A DNA stretch of 63,881 nucleotides, filler included, from Octopus bimaculoides (lineage: Eukaryota): NCBI RefSeq assembly GCF_001194135.2. It is 5 parts of 5 records of this genome, joined end to end, with 100 filler letters (N's around TTAATTAATTAA, not from the genome) between each part and the next. Parts side by side here need not be neighbours in the genome. Positions count along the whole stretch, not along the records: positions 47,343 to 56,855 come from NC_068986.1; positions 56,956 to 62,553 come from NW_026385823.1; positions 62,654 to 63,881 come from NW_026307858.1; 2 more parts are not named here. The stretch is one strand, 5' to 3'. The notes below the pieces were generated by a model. That model was not told the origin of the DNA. It saw only the letters and a list, made by a program, of their open reading frames with translations, and did no database searches. This document shows, piece by piece, positions 51,996 through 63,767 of this stretch. Numbering within the stretch: position 1 is the stretch's first letter; every line of letters begins with the position of its first letter. The position numbers and the translations under genes were made by a program.

Positions 51996-53432
51996 NNNNN
52001 NNNNNNNNNNNNNNNNNNNNNNNNNNNNNNNNNNNNNNNNNNNNNNNNNNNNNNNNNNNNNNNNNNNNNNNNNNNNNNNNNNNNNNNNNNNNNNNNNNNN
52101 NNNNNNNNNNNNNNNNNNNNNNNNNNNNNNNNNNNNNNNNNNNNNNNNNNNNNNNNNNNNNNNNNNNNNNNNNNNNNNNNNNNNNNNNNNNNNNNNNNNN
52201 NNNNNNNNNNNNNNNNNNNNNNNNNNNNNNNNNNNNNNNNNNNNTATATATATATATATATATATATATGCATATATATATATACATATATGCACACACA
52301 GATAGACAATATGTGTGCGTATATATGTATGTGTTTTTCTGTATGTGTTTGTGTGTCTCTGTGCGTATGTGTGAGTTTGTGTGTGTAACGTACTTATCAA
52401 GCGGATAGGTTGATGGGGTTTCTGCGCACAGCTTATTACTAACTCTGGAACTGCATGCATAAAGCAGGCCTGATGCTTGCAGAGAAGAAAACGGCAAGAA
52501 AGAAAGACATTTCAAAGGATTCTTATACCTAAGCTGTAGTAGTAGTAGTATGGGGGAATTGCGCTGTAACAGCATATCACTGCATCCATCATTTGTTGGT
52601 GATTGCCCTATTCCTGACGGATGATACCTTTGCACTACGTAGGCGACAACCCTCTTAACCACGTATCTGTTTTTTTGTAATTGATCCTGATGAGAGTTTT
52701 AGGAGGTCGGAGTGCAAGTCCTACCTTAACTTCTTTTAATAGCCTTTTAAGATACACAGAGGACGCTTTGGGTCTGTTATGGGCAAGTCGCTCTGCACTT
52801 TGCTCATAGGGACGATTGGTGAGTGCGACTCCATTGAATCTAGTCACATTATGCATGGCAAGAAAATGGGAGATGAACGCTGGTACGGCTGGGGGGGGGG
52901 CGATATACATAAAAAAAATAGTTTAAATCTTTAAGATTACGGTTCGAATGGCAAAAGCTAGACAGAAATCACTTTTAAGACAGGTGTTGATGTGAGTTGA
53001 TGATTATGACTTTGATAATCAAACTAATTAATGGTTTTCTTGATGAAACATTTTGGCTAGTAGCAACAAAAGCCACCCTCAGAAAAGAACTGTATTTCAT
53101 TGTGTATATAATTTTGTTTCGAAAAAGAGCGGATCAGCAAATGATTGGATTTAAAATGCTTTCTATTTTAGGAGAAATATTAATATTAATGAGGATGCTT
53201 TGTGCTATGGTAAGCATATGGGGTCCTCAACGGTTAGGAACCTTAGCCCTTGGAGCGATAATTTGGAAGTAAGTATCCTATTAACCAAAAGAGAAGAGCG
53301 GTATGGTATAACATTGCTTGAAACCTTTTCTGGTTATATATTTATGCATTTTAAAGCGATCAATTCCTCAATTTTTTCTATTAGAGCCTGGATTGAATAT
53401 AACTGTTCATAGCACCTTGCAGATCTCATGAC

Positions 53433-53474
<42 letters not shown>

Positions 53475-53768
53475 AAGCATACATTATGATGCATTATACA
53501 TACACATTCACTCACAAACACACATGCACACATATACAGAGATATAAAGAGTAGCTATGTATATAGATAGATAGATAGCTATACATACACATATATATCT
53601 ATATATCTGTGTAAATGCCTATATGTATGTATATAAGCATACATTATAAGCTATTCATTCTGTAAAGTTGGAAATATTTCAACGGCTGTTGTAGGCTGTT
53701 TCATTAGCATGTGCTGCTGCAATGTGGGCCACTGCACGCGAATCATGTTGTTAGAGTGGGGCGATATA

Positions 53769-54314
53769 CACAGACATGCAGGAAGTAAATAGAAACCTTT
53801 AATTTTCAAAATCATTTATTTGATATTAATTAAAGCTTATGCAGGTATGTACTTGGACTTGGACAGGACACGTACTTGGACTAACTTTTGACTGTTTTAC
53901 AATGTCAGAAACATTCGAACAGGGTTCGTTTTCCACAATTCTCTTCAAACAGCGAAGCTTCCTTTCCGAGGACCCAGGTCGGCTGGGATGAGAATCTGTT
54001 GATTCTTTTCCTTGGCTTTTGAATTGCACTATAATTCTATTAACAGTAACAAGAGGAATTTGAAGATTTTCGGCAATTTTTCGCTGGCTAAGACCAGCTT
54101 CAGATTGCCCAACAATACGACTTCTTTGAAAATCTGACAGTTCTGCTGAATTTTTTGTGCGTGGCATGGCTACTCTTCGCAAATGTTTAATATAATGGCA
54201 CCTGGAATGACAAAGAATATACTTGTATATTCTACACCGCTGAAAACATATTAAGATGCTTAGATCAGAAATTTTGGAAATTAACGGTGTCTATTTACTT
54301 CCTGCATGTCTGTG
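53769..54314 (-). mobile_element. Internally deleted Tc1 transposon with both TIRs and TA target duplication
   Basis: ~45-bp TIRs CACAGACATGCAGGAAGTAAATAGA... flanked by TA at 53767-68 and 54315-16. ORF 53826-54182 [32 protein letters not shown]... is the Tc1 HTH; the DDE domain is missing. Confidence 0.95.
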
Positions 54315-54995
54315 TACCTTAATTGTCTGATAGATAATGGAGGGTCTTTTCTACAAATTGAAGTTAAAAATTTGGACATGAAATAATAAATGATTAACTA
54401 AAGTTAAAATTTTCTTGTGTGTGTTTTAGTGGATAATATACGTCGTAATTGCCATAGATATATGTGTGTGTATGCTTCTGTCTATATGTTTGAGTATACG
54501 TGTGAGTGAATAAATATAATTACATTTGATATCGGACTGACTTATTACTGTGACTAATAATTCAAAATTTCCAGCGCAGTTGTATATTTAACACGAGACA
54601 GGGTCAGAAGGACATGACACCTAGTCAAAGATCGAACACTTTGTATTACAGCCAGGGTCTACCACGGACTTCACAGCATTTGCAATGCCAAACCGTGATT
54701 CTTCGCTAATATTGGTTGAAATCTACGAATGAAGAGATGTTTGTCTCGGTTATCTTGCCGTCTTGCTTTCGGTACATAAAATACTTTATTCTGTTAAGAG
54801 GTTGTTTGCAGACGCTTCTGTGTAAGCCTTATTGAACAGTGTAACTTTCACACACAGCCAAAGATAAGGTTATGCAAATAGGTAGATAGGGAGAAAGGGA
54901 AGACGGAAAATAGATGGATATAAGTAAATGTCAGATATTTATATATTTGCATACGCATGTGTGTATGCATGTGTGTGTATACGCACGCACACATG

Positions 54996-55032
<37 letters not shown>

Positions 55033-55334
55033 GCACACATCTGTGTATAAATATATATATATATATATATATGTATGTATATATGTATTTATATATATGT
55101 GTGCGTGTTTTTGCGCGCGCGCATTTATGTTAGTGTATGTGGGTATGTAACCAATATAAGCGGGTATTTGCAAAATATTTACACTTTGAGAAGTAAAACA
55201 AGCACTTGGAAAGAAAGAGAAATACGTAGACAACTAGAAAAATAAATTAAAATATTAGACAGAAAAATAACATGTTTAAACGGTAAGATGCTATATATAT
55301 ATATGTATATATATGTATATATATGTATATATAT

Positions 55335-55388
<54 letters not shown>

Positions 55389-55436
55389 GTTCATATATTT
55401 ATTAGAAGTGAATAAATCTACTGTCTAACACGTGCG

Positions 55437-55477
<41 letters not shown>

Positions 55478-55561
55478 GGGGTCTTATCTTTGGTGAAAGA
55501 GAAAGATTGACAGATGAAATAAAGACATAGGCAGAGAGAGACACAAATAAATGATAGACAA

Positions 55562-55634
<73 letters not shown>

Positions 55635-56281
55635 CACAGACAGACAGGCGGACAGAAAGACAGGCATACACATACATACATAGATACATCAATACATATA
55701 TACGTACATACATACATATATACATACATATATACTTACCTACATACCTACCTGCATACATACATATATACATACATACATACAGATACAGAGATACATG
55801 AAAGAACAGATTACGAATATGGAGGTACATATTTATGCAGTACACACATAACAACACATATGCACGTACAAAGAACACAAACACACATATGTACACATAC
55901 AACAAAGAAAGAAACAAGCAAGCACACACACACGTGTACACACACACGTGTACACACACACACACACATACGTACACACACACACACACACACGTGTATA
56001 CACACACACGCACACACACATGCCAATATAGCACACAAAACAAACTTACCAATGATCAGTCAAATTTCACGAGTGTCAAAAAAAAAAGCGTTGATCGTAA
56101 GGTTTGCTTATTCTACAATAAATAACAAAAGTCTTATCAATCAAGTGAAATATTAGGAGATTAGTGAATGTTTGTCTTTAAATATTTACCCCCATTGACA
56201 CGGCGTTCAGCGAACGTGTGTAAGTATCAATGTTGTACTTTATGTCTTATCTCACTTTAAAGCTTTCACGCTTCTAGACAT

Positions 56282-56350
<69 letters not shown>

Positions 56351-56530
56351 CAACCTTAACGCACGTAGATATATTAACATATGTCTGTGTGTTTAAAGGT
56401 ACTTTTCTTTCATGCTTTTATATCTAAACTTTCATATCCGACGGCAATCCGCAGACGATGAATTTACTCAAGATTACTGTTTTATAAAATCTAGATTTTA
56501 TCCAATAGCACACACACACACACATACACA

Positions 56531-56575
<45 letters not shown>

Positions 56576-56579
56576 ATTA

Positions 56580-56855
56580 ACACACATATTTGTACATGGA
56601 ATTGAGAAATATCATTACAGATCAAAATATAACTCTCAGTAAGAGACAACCTAAAAACTTGAAAAAGCTATTAACAAAGGCAAGGCTTGACCTCAGCAAC
56701 AAAAATCAAACATTCACTGTATCCAAATGCAATGATAGCCGATGCGGTACATGCCGATCAATCCATACCGGCCCATATATGAACACAAAAACAGGGAAAA
56801 TATTCACCAATGCGAACATGAACTGCAAAAGTAGAAATCTAATCTACTGCATCAA
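56580..56855 (+). mobile_element. Penelope-like element fragment (RT/EN linker and start of GIY-YIG)
   Basis: SKRQPKNLKKLLT...KCNDSRCGTC...NMNCKSRNLIYCI is the Cys linker plus first GIY-YIG strand of PLEs. Cut by the spacer. Confidence 0.85.
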
Positions 56856-56955
56856 NNNNNNNNNNNNNNNNNNNNNNNNNNNNNNNNNNNNNNNNNNNNT
56901 TAATTAATTAANNNNNNNNNNNNNNNNNNNNNNNNNNNNNNNNNNNNNNNNNNNN
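56856..56955. other. Artificial 100-bp join spacer
   Basis: 44N-TTAATTAATTAA-44N. Unrelated elements (PLE, RTE) abut it on either side. Confidence 0.95.
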
Positions 56956-57245
56956 CATTGGCAAATCTTTTCTTATCTGCTTCCCCTCTGGCTAAATAAA
57001 CCTGTCGCCTAGCCTCCCTTCTGTCAGATTGGTACAATTCCCTGCTACCACCGTTCTTCCAGTCCTTCCAAGCCTCTTTCTTTTGTCTAATAGCCCTGTC
57101 TACCTCCTTGTTCCACCACCACGTTACTCTGGGTCGAGAGGGGACTTTACACCAGCCACAGATCTAGTCGGTGGCTCTCAACAGGTTGTCTCGCAGAAAT
57201 CTCCAATTGTCTTCCACGTTGTATGATGCTATATCACCTTCTATT
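56956..57245 (-). mobile_element. RTE-clade LINE internal fragment
   Basis: Minus-strand reading NWRFLRDNLLRATD*ICGWCKVPSRPRVTWWWNKEVDRAIRQKKEAWKDWKNGGSRELYQ; the TWWWN motif is typical of the RTE EN-RT linker. Confidence 0.9.
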
Positions 57246-57679
57246 TCCGTCATATTATTCATAGCATACCCTCTATTTTCTCAAAATATATGCAGTATTG
57301 CTTTCTAATAACCTTTAACCACTTTAATCTATCTTTCAATGATTATATTACATATGTAACCAATTGGTATTGGGATTACCTTCCATTATAATTTTTATAT
57401 AATACATAAAATTGCAATGGATTACTAAATCCTGATCCACTTCTAAGTATATGGTATACCCTCCCCACCAGGAACTGTTATTATTCTACATAGATCAGTG
57501 TCTTTGATATATTTTAGAAATATTTTATAAACCCATTTCCAAAGGTGTCTTTATCTTAATATATTTTTTCAATTAGTATTTGACTAGCTGGACCCGTGAA
57601 AAATTCACGGAAAACATAAAATGTAAGCATCTGTAAACAGTGTACTGGTGCCATGAGAAATGTTTGTATATTATGATTG

Positions 57680-57830
57680 TCTGTCTTTACATTCTGAGTT
57701 CAAATTCTGCCGAGATCGACTTTGCCTTTTGTCCTTTCGGTATCGATAAATTAAGTATCAGTTGTGTACTAGAGTCGATCTAATCAACTGGCCCCCTCCC
57801 CACAAAAAATTCAGGCCTAGAAAAGTATAT
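57680..57830 (+). mobile_element. SINE family C
   Basis: TTCTGAGTTCAAATTCTGCCGAGATCGACTTTGCCTTTTGTCCTTTCGGTATCGATAAATTAAGTATCAG. Confidence 0.85.
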
Positions 57831-58099
57831 TGTGACAGTTACAGAAAGTAATGTAACCCCAATGACTATATAATCCAACCAAAATATCTGTTACACAAAC
57901 ATAAACGGAATTACTATTTAACCTTTAAATACATCATACATATTCAAAGAAATCTATATGGTTATCTGCAACTGAAGAGAGCACTTTATTTCAAATTGAT
58001 GGTATGTTTTCATTGATCAATTAAATGGAGCCACTGGAAATGGCTGTAATGTATTGACCCTTGTACATTCTTGTTACTTATTTACATTCTGTTCACCTA

Positions 58100-61000
58100 A
58101 CTTGGAGCTGTGCGGACTGTAGCGAACTGGCAATAGGAAAGACTATCAACACCAGGAAAGACTGGCGAAGGCTGCGGATTTACAATCCTCGCCTTTGTAT
58201 TAGTTGTAACAGAAACAAATAAGAATGACAGCCCCATGATTGACCGAGAGGGGGGAGTCGAGAATCAATCAAACCCAGTTGACACGGAAACGACCTTGGA
58301 TTTGAATACGGCTATTCATTCGAACAGCGAACGAAGTGCGAACAACTTTGGATGCAAACTGTGCTGTAGAACCTTTGCAACTGTAAGAGGCTTGAAGATA
58401 CATCAGGGAAAGACTTGTGGGAAGAAGACAGAGCAGTGTAGATCATCTGATCGTAAAACACGTGGCAAATCATCCCCGGAAGCAAACCACAGCGGATCGA
58501 TAAATGCTACAGCAAGACCTCTTCCCGTCAGGAAACTACAAGTCATGAGTCTAGTGCATCAGANNNNNNNNNNNNNNNNNNNNNNNNNNNNNNNNNNNNN
58601 NNNNNNNNNNNNNNNNNNNNNNNNNNNNNNNNNNNNNNNNNNNNNNNNNNNNNNNNNNNNNNNNNNNNNNNNNNNNNNNNNNNNNNNNNNNNNNNNNNNN
58701 NNNNNNNNNNNNNNNNNNNNNNNNNNNNNNNNNNNNNNNNNNNNNNNNNNNNNNNNNNNNNNNNNNNNNNNNNNNNNNNNNNNNNNNNNNNNNNNNNNNN
58801 NNNNNNNNNNNNNNNNNNNNNNNNNNNNNNNNNNNNNNNNNNNNNNNNNNNNNNNNNNNNNNNNNNNNNNNNNNNNNNNNNNNNNNNNNNNNNNNNNNNN
58901 NNNNNNNNNNNNNNNNNNNNNNNNNNNNNNNNNNNNNNNNNNNNNNNNNNNNNNNNNNNNNNNNNNNNNNNNNNNNNNNNNNNNNNNNNNNNNNNNNNNN
59001 NNNNNNNNNNNNNNNNNNNNNNNNNNNNNNNNNNNNNNNNNNNNNNNNNNNNNNNNNNNNNNNNNNNNNNNNNNNNNNNNNNNNNNNNNNNNNNNNNNNN
59101 NNNNNNNNNNNNNNNNNNNNNNNNNNNNNNNNNNNNNNNNNNNNNNNNNNNNNNNNNNNNNNNNNNNNNNNNNNNNNNNNNNNNNNNNNNNNNNNNNNNN
59201 NNNNNNNNNNNNNNNNNNNNNNNNNNNNNNNNNNNNNNNNNNNNNNNNNNNNNNNNNNNNNNNNNNNNNNNNNNNNNNNNNNNNNNNNNNNNNNNNNNNN
59301 NNNNNNNNNNNNNNNNNNNNNNNNNNNNNNNNNNNNNNNNNNNNNNNNNNNNNNNNNNNNNNNNNNNNNNNNNNNNNNNNNNNNNNNNNNNNNNNNNNNN
59401 NNNNNNNNNNNNNNNNNNNNNNNNNNNNNNNNNNNNNNNNNNNNNNNNACATTTTTTTTCGATTTGGAAAGCGATCCAGGATGCCAAGCAGAAAAAGAGA
59501 AGTTTGAACGTGGTATGGCTTGACCTAGCTAATGCATATGGCTCAGTGCCACACGAATTACTGATAAGAGCCATGGACCACTTCCACATTCCAGACAAAG
59601 TGATCAAAATAATGAGGATGTACTATGACAGTTTCGAAATGAGGTTTACAGCTGGAAATTTTACAACAGATTGGCACCGATTGGAGATTGGTATTGCTGC
59701 TGGCTGTACAATATCTGTCACGTGGTTTATCTTAGTCATGGAATTGATTTTGAAAGCGGTGGATTTTTCGGTACAAATCGCCTAAGAAAGCCTTCATGGA
59801 TGACGTGACACTTTTAGCTACAGATAAACAAGTCATGCAGAATGCCCTCTTGAGACTAGACGAACTTGTGAGGTGGTCTAGAATGCGGTTTAGAGCAAAA
59901 AAGTCGGGTAGTCTGACATTTGTTAAGGGAGTGCAGAAAGAATTCAAGTTTCGAATAGCTGAAGCATTCCAACAGTCAAAGCATTCCAACAGTCAAAGCA
60001 TTCCAACAGTCAAAGAAGAACCCGTCAAGAGCTTGGGGCGTGTATACGCTGGAGCATTGTCAGATAGAAGTCGCAGAATGGAAATCATGAAACAAGCCGA
60101 AGCTGGATTATCAGCGATTGATAACTCGAAGTTACCAGGTAACTATAAAATTTGGTGCTTGCAGTTCGGTTTTTTCCCGCGACTTTCATGGCCACTCTTA
60201 ATATACGAGGTAGCCTTGTCACGAGTTCAAATCATTGAACAAAAATGTAATGTGTTCATTAGAAAGTGGCTAGGCCTACCTCGGATGTTGAACAGTTCAG
60301 CTCTTTATCGTAAAAGAGGTTCGTTGCAGTTACCACTAGCATCAATAGTCGAAATATACAAACTAGGGAAGATACGGATGGTGATGATGCTGAGAGAATC
60401 GAAGGATACGGAAATCAGGCAGAACCCACCAGAGGTGAAAACAGCCAGGAAGTGGAAAGCAGAAGCAGAGGCTGATGACATCTTGTCTTCTCTTATACAC
60501 AAAGATATGGTGGGTGCAACATAGAACCATCGGAGAGGACTTGGTTTTTGCGCAAATCAGTTCAAACCATTTGCGGAGCGAACGCAGATCTGTTGTTAGC
60601 AACAGCGTCAAAACAAGAGAAGCAGAGAAAAGAGAGTTTCATTTGATCCGATGTAGTCAATAAGGACAGATAAAGAGATGGGAAGAACATGTTGTTGAGA
60701 GGAAAATACGTTGGGATGAAATATGGAAGTGGACGACATCTTGGCTAAGTTTTCTGATTCGTTCATCCTATGATGTTTTGCCGTCACCTAGGAATCTCGT
60801 AAGATGGAACGTCTCAGAGAATGACATATGCAAATGCGGAAAGGTCGGAACACTGAAACATATTCTTTCCAACTGTTCCTTAGCATTGAATAGATATANN
60901 NNNNNNNNNNNNNNNNNNNNNNNNNNNNNNNNNNNNNNNNNNNNNNNNNNNNNNNNNNNNNNNNNNNNNNNNNNNNNNNNNNNNNNNNNNNNNNNNNNNN

Positions 61001-61810
61001 NNNNNNNNNNNNNNNNNNNNNNNNNNNNNNNNNNNNNNNNNNNNNNNNNNNNNNNNNNNNNNNNNNNNNNNNNNNNNNNNNNNNNNNNNNNNNNNNNNNN
61101 NNNNNNNNNNNNNNNNNNNNNNNNNNNNNNNNNNNNNNNNNNNNNNNNNNNNNNNNNNNNNNNNNNNNNNNNNNNNNNNNNNNNNNNNNNNNNNNNNNNN
61201 NNNNNNNNNNNNNNNNNNNNNNNNNNNNNNNNNNNNNNNNNNNNNNNNNNNNNNNNNNNNNNNNNNNNNNNNNNNNNNNNNNNNNNNNNNNNNNNNNNNN
61301 NNNNNNNNNNNNNNNNNNNNNNNNNNNNNNNNNNNNNNNNNNNNNNNNNNNNNNNNNNNNNNNNNNNNNNNNNNNNNNNNNNNNNNNNNNNNNNNNNNNN
61401 NNNNNNNNNNNNNNNNNNNNNNNNNNNNNNNNNNNNNNNNNNNNNNNNNNNNNNNNNNNNNNNNNNNNNNNNNNNNNNNNNNNNNNNNNNNGATATCCAA
61501 ACTACAGTGGAGAAGGCTAGCCACTGGATTTGGTTAAAAAGAGACGATGAGCAATGGCTAGAGAAATATTGAGCTTTGTTTTAATAATCAGTTGATCTAG
61601 CAAGCGGGGCCTCATATCAGTGAGGGGGGCCGGTGCGCATTGATGCTGTCGAGAGATAGGCCCCGAAACGGCGAGCATTCTCTCCTGATGACCCCATACA
61701 CTTGCTGGCTTCCGGTATGCGGAGTTCTTGACTGGTAGCACTTGCATGTGCGAGTTGTTTGCAAGACATATCTTGTCAATGTATCATTCCCTCCCCGCCA
61801 TTTTTCCTCA
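58100..61810 (+). mobile_element. HERO-clade (RLE-type, R2 group) non-LTR retrotransposon, near full length, inactivated; ends approximate
   Basis: N-terminal zinc finger CKLCCRTFATVRGLKIHQGKTC; RT motifs WLDLANAYGSVPH, GIAAGCTIS, FMDD; PVKSLGR; IRKWLGLPR; SYDVLPSPRNL..W; knuckle CKCGKVGTLKHILSNC; C-terminus EKASHWIWLKRDDEQW (stop at 61572). Frameshift near 59785 and stops near 60522 and 60661. Two gaps hide part of the N-terminus/RT and the RLE. Confidence 0.92.
61597..61708 (+). ncRNA. Candidate structured RNA in the HERO 3' UTR (four-way junction)
   Basis: By-eye pairing: 61597-604:61701-08, 61606-09:61692-95, 61610-14:61621-25, 61626-31:61659-64 and 61670-75:61680-85. Junction strands are GAAAC and UGAUGA. 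Confidence 0.5.
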
Positions 61811-62553
61811 CATATCTACCTACCTTCCTGCACACAATATATCCTTCTTAAATCCTTTCCCTTCCCTACCTTTCACCTCTAACTCCCATTCTCATTTAGA
61901 AATTTTATGAACTCACCCGCCTAGCCTCCCTCTCCAATCCCTGGTCCACTTCACTACATACACCTTCCTATTACTTGGGTGTATGACCTCTTCCCCCTTT
62001 CTGTCATATCTTCACCACCTTTCTCTCTCTTCATTTGAGGAAGCTATGTTTTTCTTCTAATGTTCCTCCATACTGCTCCCCTTGGTTGAGGTGCCTTATC
62101 TAGCAAGTCACTTGGTGACCTCACTTTATACATGTATATACATGTATGTATGTATGTACATATATTTACACACACACATATAGTCAATTCAAGAAAGTTA
62201 GATCCACATCAGGGATTATATAATCCAAAAGATTCCACTATTGTTAGTTAATACCAGTTCCTGATAATTTAAGATAGTGCAATCTAATTATCATGTTCTC
62301 TATTAATAGTTTAGTTCACCATTATATACTATGTTAATTCCAATCATTCATTTCATCAGTTTCTTAAACCTTGATGAGTCCATCATTATATACCATGTTA
62401 ATCCTATGTATCAATTCTTTATATTAACTATATAATAAATTTATCTCTTATGTGTCCTTTAAATGATATCAGACATATAAATTTAATTTTAAAACTTTAG
62501 TCCAATATATATACTCTTTTACTCTTTTACTTGTTTCAGTCTTTTGACTGTGG

Positions 62554-62653
62554 NNNNNNNNNNNNNNNNNNNNNNNNNNNNNNNNNNNNNNNNNNNNTTA
62601 ATTAATTAANNNNNNNNNNNNNNNNNNNNNNNNNNNNNNNNNNNNNNNNNNNN
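62554..62653. other. Artificial 100-bp join spacer
   Basis: 44N-TTAATTAATTAA-44N. Confidence 0.95.
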
Positions 62654-62939
62654 TATATATATATATATATATATATATGTTTATATGTATGTATATGGTA
62701 AAAACCTTCTGTGCTATGGGAAGTTCATTTACAGTTACCTGATAACATCATACAGGGAATACGCTCTTGTTTCTGGGTATACATCACGAATTTCATAGTA
62801 TCCTTAGAGTTTATATAACTTGATAAATGACAGGAAATGGAGTGTTTCGCCTCATGTTTACATTCACAGTACATTGATGAGATAATCATTAACATGCATT
62901 CTCACACTTGGTGAAATGACAAGTACGGTCTAACGAAGG

Positions 62940-63330
62940 TATTACTTAAGAATTGCTGAAGAAGTTGCTGCGCCTACAACAGCAACAGGCGCAACGACAT
63001 CACACGCCCACAGATGTACGTGGGGTGCACTGGGAACTCTCTCAAACAGCGTATTTCCAATTATCTGTGCTCCTTCAGAGTTCGGAGAAGGAGGTATGTG
63101 ACATCGCTGGCCAGCCATATCTGGCAATTACGAAACGAAGAGATTCCTTACTCAATTGCATGGAAAATTCTCGAGAACCCAGGCCCCTACATCAGCGGGA
63201 CGAAACGGTGCAAGTTATGCATTGCCGAACGCATGAGTATCCTTAAGGACTTGTTTGTGCCAGTGGATATCCTGAACTCCAGGACGGAGATTTTCGGAAT
63301 TGTATTTTAGAAAATGCCTACCGGCATTTT
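62940..63330 (+). mobile_element. Penelope-like element GIY-YIG C-terminal fragment
   Basis: MYVGCTGNSLKQRISNYLCSFR...TSLASHIWQLRNEEIPYSIAWKIL...PYISGTKRCKLCIAERMSIL...LNSRTEIF fits the PLE YxG-T..FK.R..NH / L..HIW.LK / RC.LC..EK pattern. Confidence 0.88.
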
Positions 63331-63720
63331 TGGAATCCGCAAGGCGGCACCACAGCCGGAAACCAATAGCCAACGACGGAAGCAGTATTAATGTCAAAAT
63401 GCAATCGTTATGTCCAACTTAACATGGATGTTTAACTTGAGGTCAGGGCTGACACTAGGAAATGCAGGACCGAATTAGAGAATTGTTCCTCTAAACTACA
63501 AAAGCTAAAGATCGATGTTTTATGCTTCGTGTAGGATTCCAGTCCCAGCCAAAAATCATTGAGGCCTTGGGGCTCCTCCATTAACCACAATGATATACTA
63601 AAAGTTGAAAGCTCATACGAAAATTTTAATGTTTTATTACAAGTCAAGGTAAGAAAATCGATCGTTTTTACTTCTTGAACATTCCAAATGATAACGAATA
63701 ATTTCAAGTACTCAAATTAT

Positions 63721-63767
63721 ATTATGCTGACGGGCCGGGAATAAAGGCAAGATAGCGCTATCTACAT
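63721..63767 (+). ncRNA. Degenerate minimal hammerhead candidate downstream of the PLE fragment
   Basis: CUGACGG / GCC-GGGAAUAAA-GGC / AAGA / palindromic AUAGC|GCUAU / C. Three core substitutions from consensus; weak stem I. Confidence 0.4.

Noticed and set aside
56580-57245. Apparent chimeric PLE-RTE retroelement
   Set aside because: The two fragments are on opposite strands and separated by an artificial spacer.
469-61524. Many long ORFs in the supplied track (poly-X, YIYI, LSLS, HTHT, poly-Ala/Gly/Val)
   Set aside because: They are read-through of N gaps and di-, tri- or tetranucleotide microsatellites, with no domain content.
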